Shown here: in pieces, positions 49,401 to 61,800 of the stretch
How the letters are laid out: each line of letters starts with the position of its first letter
Position numbering within the stretch: the stretch's first letter is position 1
Assembly (NCBI GenBank): GCA_038496445.1
Contig: JALMLS010000619.1
Coordinates: 924-64,923 of the forward strand
Direction of reading: 5' to 3'
Length of the DNA stretch: 64,000 nt
Source: Trichosphaerium sp. ATCC 40318
Taxonomy: Eukaryota; Protista; Tubulinea
Made by a program: the position numbers and the translations under genes
The notes under the pieces: model-generated
Databases searched by the model: none
Seen by the model: only the letters and a program-made list of their open reading frames with translations
Told to the model about the DNA's origin: nothing

Positions 49401-51214
49401 CAACTTGTTTGAAATCAACGGCTATCTTGCTTATGTTTTTTTTTGCTTTAGGTTCTAGCCGTAAATTAGTTCTCATGGATACACGTGACCGTTCAGTTGT
49501 ATATCATAAAGACTTACCTTGTCCTGCTAATGTTAATCTAACATGGATTGGGTTCTCTCGTGATGGTATTTTCCATATTCTCAGAGATGACGGTAAAATG
49601 TTGTGTTTGGCTCATTGGGAAGAGTAAGTTTGCTTTTTTTTTTTGGGCTTTGTTTTTAATTTCGGTTTTCGAATCTATACTGATGTTTATGGTAGCGACA
49701 AACCTTGTGGTGGACTATGGCAAGTTGTTCTTGAGGTTGACCAAAAGAGACGTATCTGGCCTATTCAGATTCAGTCCAGCGGAACACTTTTATACCTTCC
49801 TTTGTTGGTACGTAATGCTTTTTGTTTCTTTTTTGTCATCAAGAACGATGTTGTATTTTCGCACGTGATATTTACACAATGTTAGGCTGATGAGATAGCA
49901 CCAAGGAATGTCAGTGCACGAAGGCCTGTACCAAGTACCATGAAGTAAGTTAGAAGAACGAGCTTTTTTACTTTTTTCCTCGTTTGGTTTGCTGATTTTT
50001 TTTTCAAAAGGGTTCGCGCACCTGTGTTGACACAAGACTCAAAGTATGCTGCGTTTGGCGAAAAGTTCATGAGAGACTCCATTCGTTATCACACTTTGGA
50101 ACCAGCACTTGAAGAAGGTCCTGAACTGTTGCAGGAGCAAATTAAACTCGATAAGATTGCTTTGCAATTGTTCCAAGTACGCCTTTTTTTTTTTCTCGTT
50201 TTTACATTTTTCGGCTGTTAGAGGATCAACACCTTTATCTTCTCTATCCTCACGCTTTGTCTACGATTATCCAAAGCATTGCTTCTTTTAAAACCAAATT
50301 TAAACCTACAACTAGTTTACAAAACAGTTTGTCGATCGTTTTCTTCTCCTCCACCTTTGCTTACATTTCTACCTTAGATTGCCTGTGAGAAGGGTAAACA
50401 AGAACGTGCGTTGAATCTTGCTAAAGATCTATTACTCGGTGGTTCGATAGAAGGTGCCCTTCAGTTGGCATTCAATAAGCAAGTATGTATTATTCAATTC
50501 CCTCTTTGTATAGCACGTGTTAACTTTTTTTTGTTCAGCTTCGTGGTTTGACTGAGCGTATCACAGCATTCAGAGATTCTGAATTTGGCGAACAAGAAGA
50601 AGAGTCTGAAGAGGAGCTAGAGTTATCTATTGAAGACGATACGTCAAGCCGCTCTGTAAAGCGTAGAAGAGTTGATTACAACAAGAGCCAAGCGACAAAA
50701 ACGTAAGCCCTTTAATTTGAAAACGTTTTTCTTTTTGCGTTGACTGACATTGTGTTGTAGTGATCGCTTGGTTTCTGAGCCTGTTGAAGACGTTAGTGAT
50801 GATGACTCTGATGATGCTATGGACGAGGATGTTGAAGAAAATGATGATAAAGAGAACAGTACGGAGAAGTTATCGCGTCAGCAATTTGTTCTTTTTTTTT
50901 TTCATTTATATTTGTTTGTTCATTTTTTTTTCCATTAGAGCAAGCCAACATTACTAAGAAACCTTTCAATCCTTTTGCTTCTAAGAAGAAGAAAGTCAGT
51001 GGGGGTAATGGTACGTCTTCTTACCTGAAACATGATGTCTTGAGAGCAGAAAACAGCATAGAGATTTCTTCGTTTTAGTAATGAACTTTTTTGTATTGAC
51101 TTTTTTTCAGGTTGCATCTTCTCTACAATCGGTGGTATTGTATCAAAAGGAAAGGATAGTCCTCTTACACAACGTACAAAGGGTAGAAAGAGAAAATTAC
51201 AATCTGGGTTGTAA
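46483..51214 (+). CDS. WDHD1: Ctf4/And-1 (WDHD1, SepB) replisome hub protein
   Basis: N-terminal WD40 repeats (LLTRFENAVYDAKFD, LKGHTSSVTTVAFDP, STDCTLRIWNL) and an acidic linker. SepB domain APFQPNASP..QRRFLAWNNHG...YIDIEFAD, WIGFSRDG, QIKLDKIALQLFQIAC...RALNLA. Tail KPFNPFASKK. Confidence 0.9.
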
Positions 51215-54200
51215 AATATGACACGTCAAAAGAAATTTGTACATAGAACAAAAAAAGCACCACCACTTACTTGTATGTACACTTTACGTTAAGTTTGTGC
51301 GTATAATGTACATAGTAAAAGATATTATCTTAATACTGTATTTGTTATTTTACGTAGATGTACGCTAACGATAGAAAACGTTTCCTTTTAGCAGCCTGGT
51401 TTGGCGATATTGTGAAATAGTTGGTTGCAAATTGCCAGTTGGCTCCTTTTTTCTGTTATTTGTTCGTGATTTACAGCGCTCGACTTTGAAGGCTAAGACC
51501 TGAGGTATAGCTAAAGTTCTGTATTTGTTGATGTAGAATACAAACTTGAAAGTTTTTGTTTGCATGTAATAAACGAAAAAATGGCACCTGTCATGTGACG
51601 ATACTTGAAGAGTAAAAGGCAAATATTAAAGACAGACGTTAATAAATTTGTGAATGAGGCGTAGGAGGTACTACAAAAAAGAACATAGACAAACAAACGA
51701 AATGAATACAACAGCCAAAATAATACAATCTCAAGTATGAAACAAACTTTATTCCTTTCACAGACAAATGCATTCAAGTACCACGTTGCACTTGATGTTA
51801 TTAAGTCAAAATTAAATTTGACACATGTCAAAATGTGTCAACGTTTTCGTCGATGGCATTTTGCGGCGTATGTACATTAGTGTGTGAATACCTAGAGTGT
51901 TAGGCGTTTTTTTAATCCAATTGGAGAGCTGCAATACCAATAGTAATAAAACAAGGACTACAGTCTGTTATTTCAAAGAACACTGAGCGCCAGAATGTGA
52001 CGACTCCAAATGTCTTCAGATTTGATTTCTATCTCGTTACCATTTCTAACCATTTCTAAGTTCACGCACAATTGAGCACAATAGGAAAAACCACAGAAGA
52101 GTTTAAAGTGTCCACAGACTTTCTAAAAACCAATAGCCTAGACAAGAACTGGCGCACGCAATAGTTCTTTTGATCGTGGGGCAATTGAAGTCTATCTAGT
52201 CGTTGTCTGCTAACAGAGAACTTTAAATGCTATAACATCCAAAGTATGCTACGATACAACTAACGCAATATGTACATAACCAGTATGCAGGAATGACTGT
52301 CTCAAGGTTAGTTTACTTGCAAACGCACGGAATGTCTCTGCTAGAGTACTTAGTTGTGCTTAGCAACCTTTATTGTAGTGGCGTCGTAGATAGTTACGCA
52401 TTCGCTGATAGTTACTACGACATAGCACGCGGCGTAGAAAGATGAATCTGCACAGTACTGAGCAAAGAAAGCACCTAGTAGTAACATGAAAAGCAACTAC
52501 TAGTAAAAAAATTGTTCTCAAAAAACTACCGTTAAAGAAAAAGTATGACTTTGCTTCTTGTGGAGGAAAGAACTACGCTGCAACAACATGGAGTATTGGC
52601 TTGAACTCTGTTTGGCCTTTATTGTAGAGGTATCCCATTCGTAGGTGATAAGGGTTTACTGTTACCTCGTGCAGCTCCGTTGTGGTTTATTCTTTTCTCC
52701 ATCATACTGCCAAAGCACTAGCGAGCGATCCTTTGAAAATGATCTCCCTCAAACCAAGTTATTATTTTGTGAGCTGTTTTATTGTGACGTTGCAAACATG
52801 CGCGCATACAAGTGTTGAGGTTGCAATTGTGCTAATTGCAAACCATAAAATGGCCGTTTGCCACAAAATTGTGTTTACCCAATCGAAAAACGCTGTGATA
52901 TTCTGTACGAAAGCTTCAGTTAGAGCTCTATCACTTGTTAGTTTCAACACTAGGCGCCTCTCCTCGCGTAAGCCAGTTTAAACGATGTAAAATCTTCGCT
53001 CATGCAGTGTATTGCAAGTGGGAAATAGGAGCGGCTGGCAATTGTCGTACGAAAGCTCTTCCTGAGTAGCACTCAACATAAGTCTATCGTTCGTTTTATG
53101 CAGTTCAGTGTAACAATCGTGGTTTCGAACCGAAAAGTGCCAAAAATACGATGAAAGCACTCTCTTAGTGCATATGAGAGACGTAAAACCTGAGGTAACA
53201 GTCAAAAACTGTTGTCCTGTTTAGTTTGGGCTACAAATGCTACAAAACGTTTATATACGCGTAGAAATGCGTATTAGGGACTCGAGCGGTAACAATGGGC
53301 TTAAATCGCAAGACTTACGCACGCCTTCTTTGGAAGGCCGCAGATAGCGAAAAAACAGAGCTACAAAAACGTTTGTGATAAGAAGTTCGTTTTAGAGATA
53401 GGCGTTTCATCTCATTCCAAAATGTCTATGGCATACAATAATACCTTGCTCTGTTGGTTCTCTTAACGATGCTGGCGTGCAATACGGTTTAAAATACAAA
53501 TTGAAAAACTGGTTCTACCGTTTCGCACTAAAACGGTGTGTACGGAATCGACAAAAATAATTCTAGGCTGGAAGTGTTCATGCTAACAGGACTAAAGTAG
53601 ATAAATACATCATTAGTTGCATGCGATAAACGCTTGGCGTATGTCAAACAAATTTAAAACTGCTTCTAATATGTTCTTTATTTTCCGACAGTCTTCATCC
53701 GTGTGTGCACTTCTTCTGGTTCATAACTTTAAGTATTCTACTTTACTTCTAACCTACAGGATTTCTCAGAGACGCGTAATCAACAACAATGCCGCCTATA
53801 ATATTTGTATAAGTTAGATATTTTGTATCATTTCCAGAAAGAATAAAATTGGGTTGCACGTTATGCAACCGTCATGAAAAAGAAGTAAAAAATGTTCAAT
53901 TGTATTGAATAAAATAGCGTAGTACTTATGCATACCTACCACTAACCATAACCTTCTTTTCATCTTTTGTTGTACGTCAGCACTTGGTGTCTCGCATGTG
54001 ACACCCGTTGGAAAGAAATTAGTAAGACTTGTAAAATTTTACGAAAAAGCTTGTGTCTCCTTACTTTTTATTATTATATTTCCTTCAACAAGATCTGCAA
54101 CAACTTGAGGATCACCAGCGATCTCACAACTTTCCAGATGCTAACTTAAACATAGTATTATTCTCAGTCTCCAAATTCACTCTAAATGCCAACAAGCACT

Positions 54201-54866
54201 CTGAAAAAGAGACAAGTGAGCGAGAGGATAGACAAAGAACATTTTGCGTACTGGAAGGTGGTACCTTAAAAATTGATAAGTAATCAACTCGCTCGTACCA
54301 GTTTGTAAAGTTCAAGATAGCTTTCGTGAGAAACAACAAGCAAAAGAATAAACCAAACTCGTGTTTTCAATCAAGCTTAAACTTGCATACGGCACAGTTT
54401 CTACTTGGCAATAAGTTGGCAGCACTACTACAAACAACATCAAGTGCCACAAGGCAAAGTTAGACCAATCCTCAATCCCAACAAAAGCTATTGCAAGACG
54501 ATCTGGGAGGAAAGGAACACACTGTCCCTGACCGATAGCTCTGGCGCAGAGCGAGCGTGTGTGTGGTTTATTTACCTAACACGCTTGCATGTACATGAAA
54601 AAATGAAGAAAACGAAAAAAACAAAATCTTACGGGTGGTAGTGGGTGGGTGATTTCTGCTTGCTATCGAATAAACAGCCTCAGTTGGTTGCTTGTCTTTG
54701 TTGGATCAGTCCAGCTCGTTCAAGCGCCTGAAATGTCTCGCATGTTCAGACAAAAAACAATCACTCGCTTCTAGTGCTGTTAATGACTCAGTCTTAAAGT
54801 TGAGTCGACAAACGCAAAAGCCAAGTAAAGCTGGATTGAACTGAAGCCGTTCCTGAAAAAGCCAGG

Positions 54867-55818
54867 GAAGCTATTCGTATCATTTCCAAGTCCTGCCATC
54901 TATTACACCAACCTTGTTTGGGAGCCTTGAAAATATAATATGAGTACATCTTTTGTCGATAATCTGGGTCAATTCCATATTTATGAATCAACTTAAAAGG
55001 TAGGGATCAAAAAAATGACTGAAGCAGCGTGGAATAAGAAGGGAATCTTATCAGCAGTGCAATATTTGCAATTCTTATTGCTATTGCCGGATTACCTTTT
55101 ATCACCATGGAGACGAGGTCACTATTACTAGCCTTTACATTGGTTTGCTATCACGAGTGATGCTGTACCAACATACGAACAAAGTTGTTACAAAAGTTTT
55201 GATTCATTTGGTATATGTACTTCCTTCTGGCTTCAGCTAACTTTGCGAGAGAGCTCTACATCAATGTATTGTGACATAAAGGCAATGGAAACGAACATCC
55301 CTTACTTGCTCCTTACGCTTACAATGTAACTACCAACGTAAGAAACAATTAACAGGCTTTGCACCGACTGTACTTGGCGTGTAGCTAGCGTTTAAAAGGC
55401 GTAAAGAAATGGTCCGTTTTGCGTCATGTTTTGTTTGATTATCTTTCGCTCTATTTACGCACAATTTCTATTGCGCCGACCACGCGATCGCATGCATGAA
55501 AGCCTGAAGATATAAAAAAAACCCGCAAAAAACACAGCGAGCAAAAATCCATCTCGCCCACGTGATCTTCAAAAAAAAAACTGAAACTCTGCGTGGCGAG
55601 ATAGCATAAACTTGCTCAACGAATTCGTTGCGTTGCCGATTCTCGTTATGATAATGTTATTATAACGTTTCATAACGCAATGTGTTGCCTGGAACGGGTA
55701 AAAAAATAGTCCGCAAAAATAACTTCAAAAAGGCTTCCTTTCGAGCGTTATAGCAGATGCGCTCAATTGATTTTTTGTTCGAAAGTTGTTGAAAAGTCAA
55801 AAAAGAACCCGTTTCGCA
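54867..55818 (+). repeat. Local direct duplication, copy 1 (~0.95 kb)
   Basis: Near-identical to 56842-57677 from TTTCCAAGTCCTGCCATC to AAGAACCCGTTTCGCA; differs by small indels and one longer block near 55300-55390. Confidence 0.9.
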
Positions 55819-56841
55819 CTAAACGCTTCCTTTTTCAATTGCTCCAAGTGCATTCACTCCTTCAATGGCCGGTGAACTGTTCGAAAAAATTTTCGACGGC
55901 AAGGCTTTAACACTCGTAACGAAACCACATCACACCTGTAGTGTGGTAAAGTCATATCTTATTTTGGTTGGTAAGATAAGAACAGGCTACAAACCATGTT
56001 TTCCAAAAAAACTGAGTTTTAGCTTTTCTCCTTCGTTGGTACTACAAGCTACTGCAATATTGCATTAACAAGTTGCAAGCGTTAATGTCAATGTTTATTA
56101 TTGGTCACACTTTCAATGATTTACATCAAGTCGCCACTTGGAAGCGTGGGCTCTTTACACTTGTGCCTTCGCAAACCTAGTAATCTCAAATGTAATATAG
56201 TATGTACGCAAAGGTACTAACAAGTAATACTGTAATAGCAAGATAATCACGATGATCCTTCATACCAGATAAGTGTGGTGCGGTGAGGTGCTTTTGTATC
56301 AACACTACTGGCAGTATTTTACAAGGTGTTTGTTTGCTGGATCAAAGTTAGAACCTCTACAAAATAGTGTTCTATTGGCTCAGTTCATGGTTTATTGTGG
56401 TTCATACAAGTCTCATATAATTTTCAAAAGCAGCATGAATAGTGATCCGCCACCAAATTCACAGTTGCAGTCAGCAAATTCACTTGAGGCGGAGAAGTAG
56501 GAATTGTAGGTGTTTCTTGTAGGATTGGCGCTTGTGTAGCATTTCTTCTACTCTATGTGTCACGAATAATACCTCCTTTGTTGTCATTGCTGGGTTTGCT
56601 GTAAAGATGTCAAAAAAGCGCGTTTGGTATGATGTTTTTCTGTTTGCTTACCTGCGATGTAGGTTAGGATCAGACAACTCAAGTTTCTGTAAATAGTTTC
56701 ATTAAGTTCAGTTGGATGCGTGTTAACTTTTCCAAACGGTAACTTCAGCGACTTCTCCCTGTTAAAATGAGTTCAAAAACAATTAGTAAAAAACACACAG
56801 CTTAAAAAAAGTTGTTTGTACAGTAAAGGGTAGTGTAAAAA

Positions 56842-57677
56842 GAAGCTAGTATCTTTCCAAGTCCTGCCATCTATTACACCAATTGTTTGGGAGCCTTGAA
56901 AATATAATATGAGTACATCTTTTGTCGATAATCTGAATTCCATATTTAAAATCAACTTATCAGGTAGGGATCAAAAAAATGACTGAAGCAGCGTGGAATA
57001 AGAAGGGAATCTTATCAGCAGTGCAATATTTGCAATTCCTATTGCTATTGCCGGATTACCTTTTATCACCATGGAGACGAGGTCTTTATTACTAGTTTAC
57101 ATTGGTTTGCTATCACGAGTGATACCAACATACGAACAAAGTTGTTACAAAAGTTTTGATTCATTTGGTATATGTACTTCCTTCTGGCTTCAGCTAACTT
57201 GTGCGAGAGAGCTCTACATCAATGTATTGTGACATAAAGGCAATGGAAACGAACCATCTCTTCAAAAGTAGCCCATACGCATTAAACGTAAAAGGCGTAA
57301 AGAAACGGTTTTGCGTCTTGTGTTTGATTATCTTTCGTCTATTTACGCACAATTTCTATTGCGCCGACCACGCGATCGCATGCATGAAAGCCTGAAGATT
57401 AAAAAAAACCCGCAAAAAACAAGTTTCGCCCACGCACTTCAAAAAAAAAACTGAAACTCTGCGTGGCGAGATACATAATTGCTCAACGAATGTTGCGTTG
57501 CCGATTCTCGTTATGATAATGTTATTATAACGTTTCATAACGCAATGTGTTGCCTGGAACAAAAAAATAGTCCGCAAAAATAACTTCAAAAAGGCTTCCT
57601 TGAGCGTTATGCAGATGCGCTCAATTGATTTTTTGTTTGAAAGTTGTTGAAAAGTCAAAAAAGAACCCGTTTCGCAT
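56842..57677 (+). repeat. Local direct duplication, copy 2 (~0.84 kb)
   Basis: See copy 1; no convincing coding capacity. Confidence 0.9.
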
Positions 57678-57683
57678 AGTAGA

Positions 57684-57917
57684 TTCCGAATTTTCCGAAA
57701 ACAAAAATTCGAAAGTGTAGAAAGATGCAGAAAGATGCATACCTAGGGCAGTCCACTTAACTAGAAAGCGCCTGGTTCACTTACGGTCGGGTCCTCGCTG
57801 TGCTCGGAACTAGAACCCGACCTTCGCTCACATATAGTGATCCATTGGTGGGTATAGGCATTCAGTTTTTGTATCGAATTCTATTTTTTCGAATTTTTTC
57901 TTTCGAAAAATTCGGAA
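57684..57917. mobile_element. MITE-like foldback with 31-bp inverted arms
   Basis: 57684-57714 matches the reverse complement of 57887-57917 at 28/31, with weaker similarity inward. Central hairpin GGTCGGGT/ACCCGACC. Abuts the end of duplication copy 2. Confidence 0.6.
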
Positions 57918-58801
57918 AAAACGTGGGTCCGGTAGAATTGTCGCTTGCAGTTTTGACCGCAACACTTTAAGAGCAAATGACACTAAGTGGCTTATCAGCA
58001 ACAAGCAATTGTAAACAAAGTTTCCACCTTGAGTTGATATTTATTCAAGAAAGATTTTAAGTGCGTTCTTGTGCGGTATAAAGGAACTTTTCATACTTTT
58101 GTCTGCTGGCTGTAGATACATAGCTACGCAATAAAGTGGTAAAAACTAAAAATCATAGCCATTATTTGCAATCTTAGAACTATAGAATAGTAAGCGTTAC
58201 GCAACCGCAAATATTCTGTAACGCTTTGACTCACACTGGAAATTCTAACTAGTTGGAGTTCATCTCAGCTCTTCAAATGCCCAAATTATTTCAAAACTAT
58301 TTCTAGGTTTTATTCCTGTACATACAAGGAGCTTTTAGGGCGTACATGATCATAGCTGTACTGATTGCGTTCGGGATGCTGGCAAGGAATGAGACTAAAA
58401 ACAGTTGTGGCTGAAAACCCACGTGTTAAATTGAAAAATTTATCCTCACGTGCTGTCAACAAGTTTTATCGTTTGCCCCTTCTTAATGTTTCACGCGTTA
58501 TTGTACCGAGGAACTAATCCTGAACGAAATAGGAACGTAACTGAGTTTTTGGTGTCGTAAACCACTGCTTTAACCTCTATATATACTATACGCAACGTAA
58601 CCACGTACAGCCAGTTTTTTGGCAGTAGTTGTAGTATTAAAAAGGGAACAGCAAAGAAAACGCCAAAAAACTACAAACGTCGCATAATTTTAAGCAAACG
58701 AACCGTATTTTGTGTTTGCGCGTTGTATTGCGCCATATGTATTATCTCCGTATCTTCTCATCGTACGTGTGGGAGAAGGCTTTGTATATGAACGGGGAGA
58801 T

Positions 58802-61800
58802 ATGTTGAACGCAAACAATGTACACGAGTTGGAACACAAACAATTCTATGAACCGTCGGCGAAACTTAAATCCATTTTACCATACAATCAACACTGGTTA
58901 CAACGCTTCATGGCAGAGCCAGCCACATAGCATCGAAGAATTAGAATTAAAAGGTATTATTAGAAACGAATCTTAGATCTACCTCTCCGTGTTATTAAAA
59001 ATCTTCAATAGCCGAATTGGCGCAGCTTCAATGCAAATACCAATATTACTACATGTACCTCCCTTGTTTAAAATGCACGTTCTCTTATAATAAAAACACT
59101 TTCTTTATGATTGCTGAAACAAAGTCTACATACTCTTGAACATAGCAAACGACATCTATTCTATTCAGGTTTGTATTTACCAACACTTAAGTATCAACCC
59201 AATTTGTAGCTGGCTAACAATCTCCAATGTTATTGTAATGTTATGCCATACAATCAAGATTGAACATTGAAGCAAAAATAAAGAATGGCTATACAGCTTT
59301 ACTTGGTGCAGGTATGATAGTGTTTAAATATAACATCATCTGTTACTCACATACTCTTTAATTGGTAGCATATAATGGACATGATAATGTGATAAAAGTA
59401 TTACTTGAATCAGGAGCCAACATTGAAGCCAAAGAAAAAGATGGAAGTACTGCTTTGATTGATGCAGGTATGATAGTGCTTAACCATAACAACATCTGTT
59501 ACTCACATACTCTTTAATTGGTAGCCTTTAATGGACATGATAATGTGATAAAAGTATTACTTGAATCAGGAGCCAACATTGAAGCAAAAGAAAAAGATGG
59601 AAGTACTGCTTTGATTAATGCAGGTATGATAGTGCTTAACCATAACAACATCTGTTACTCACATACTCTTTAATTGGTAGCATATAATGGACATGATAAT
59701 GTGATAAAAGTATTACTTGAATCAGGAGCCAACATTGAAGCCAAAGAAAAAGATGGAATCACTGCTTTAATTAGCGCAGGTATGATAGTGTTTAACTATA
59801 ACAGCATCTGTTACTCACATATACTCTTAATTGGTAGCCTATAATGGACATGATAATGTGATAAAAGTATTACTTGAATCAGGAGCCAACATTGAAGCCA
59901 AAGAAAAAGATGGAAGTACTGCTTTGATTGATGCAGGTATGATAGTGCTTAACCATAACAACATCTGTTACTCACATACTCTTTAATTGGTAGCATATAA
60001 AGGACATGATAATGTGATAAAAGTATTACTTGAATCAGGAGCCAACATTGAAGCCAAAGAAAAAAATGGAATCACTGCTTTAATTAGCGCAGGTATGATA
60101 GTGTTTAACCATAACAACATCTGTTACTCACATACTCTTTAATTGGTAGCATATAATGGACATGATAATGTGATAAAAGTATTACTTGAATCAGGAGCCA
60201 ACATTGAAGCCAAACAAAAAGATGGAATCACTGCTTTGATTAATGCAGGTATGATAGTGCTTAACCATAACAACATCTGTTACTCACATACTCTTAATTG
60301 GTAGCCTTTAATGGACACGATAATGTGATAAAAGTATTACTTGAATCAGGAGCCAACATTGAAGCCAAACAAAAAAATGGAATCACTGCTTTAATTGGCG
60401 CAGGTATGATAGTGTTTAACCATAACAACATCTGTTACTCACATACTCTTAATTGGTAGCCTTTAATGGACACGATAATGTGATAAAAGTATTACTTGAA
60501 TCAGGAGCCAACATTGAAGCCAAAGAAAAAGATGGAAGTACTGCTTTGATTGATGCAGGTATGATAGTGCTTAACCATAACAACATCTGTTACTCACATA
60601 CTCTTTAATTGGTAGCATATAATGGACATGATAATGTGATAAAAGTATTACTTGAATCAGGAGCCAACATTGAAGCCAAAGAAAAAGATGGAATCACTGC
60701 TTTAATTAGCGCAGGTATGATAGTGTTTAACCATAACAGCATCTGTTACTCACATATACTCTTAATTGGTAGCCTTTAATGGACACGATAATGTGATAAA
60801 AGTATTACTTGAATCAGGAGCCAATATTGAAGCCAAACAAAAAAATGGAAGTACTGCTTTGATTGATGCAGGTATGATTGTGTTTAACCATAACAGCATC
60901 TGTTACTCACATATACTCTTAATTGGTAGCCTTTAATGGACACGATAATGTGATAAAAGTATTACTTGAATCAGGAGCCAACATTGAAGCCAAACGAGAC
61001 AATGGAAGTACTGCTTTAATTTGTGCAGGTATTTATACAAATAAACTTGATTTGAAGACATTAAATTCATATTAGCAAAAAATGGCACAACCCAGTTTTG
61101 AAAACATTGTTGAAACAAACTATAGACATTTTATTAATTCCAATTGAATGGAAAGAGCTTTAATCAAAATACTAACACAGGTGGTTGCTGATGAGCCTGC
61201 GTTCATCAATGTGTTTGAAACTCTTTTGACACTGTTTCCAAATGATCAACAAAGTTGTGAACTATGGTTATCATGTGCTCATATGAAAGAGATACCTCAC
61301 TGGCGACTCAATCTTGCAAAATGGTTGCAATACTTGGTATGTCTTCCTTTTGTACCAACTATTAAGTACTAATCACACAAAGCCAACACGTCCATATTTT
61401 AAAGTTGCAATGCAAAAAGGCATTTGTCATTTGATTTGTACATATAATCGCACATTTGTACAATCTTCGGTATGAACACATAATACAAGTATGTGTAATA
61501 TAATAACTTATTTTGGTTCATTAGAGCTTTTGGTTACAGCAAGGAGAGCTGATGGAAGGAATTCTATCCGACTTACCAGATGATATGTGGAGTAATACTA
61601 AACACACTGGGTCTGTTATTGAAATGTGTATAAAAGAAGGATGGTGTACAAATTCTCTTCAAAAAGTACCCAAGCAAGATAGTATGTGTTTAGTGGTATT
61701 TCTTTTATTAACATTGTACAGCGTTTGCTTGCTATGAGTGTTCTCAATATGGATTGTATTTGTGCAGTTATTGTGCAACTCAACATAATCAAAACCACGT

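Noticed and set aside
52978-53205. ORF ending DNCQPLLFPTCNTLH, HNH-like
   Set aside because: The match is partial, there is no upstream His motif, and the surrounding frames are broken.
59312-61028. Regular repeat array resembling CRISPR or satellite DNA
   Set aside because: The units are GT-AG introns plus in-frame ankyrin exons; there are no unique spacers and no cas genes.
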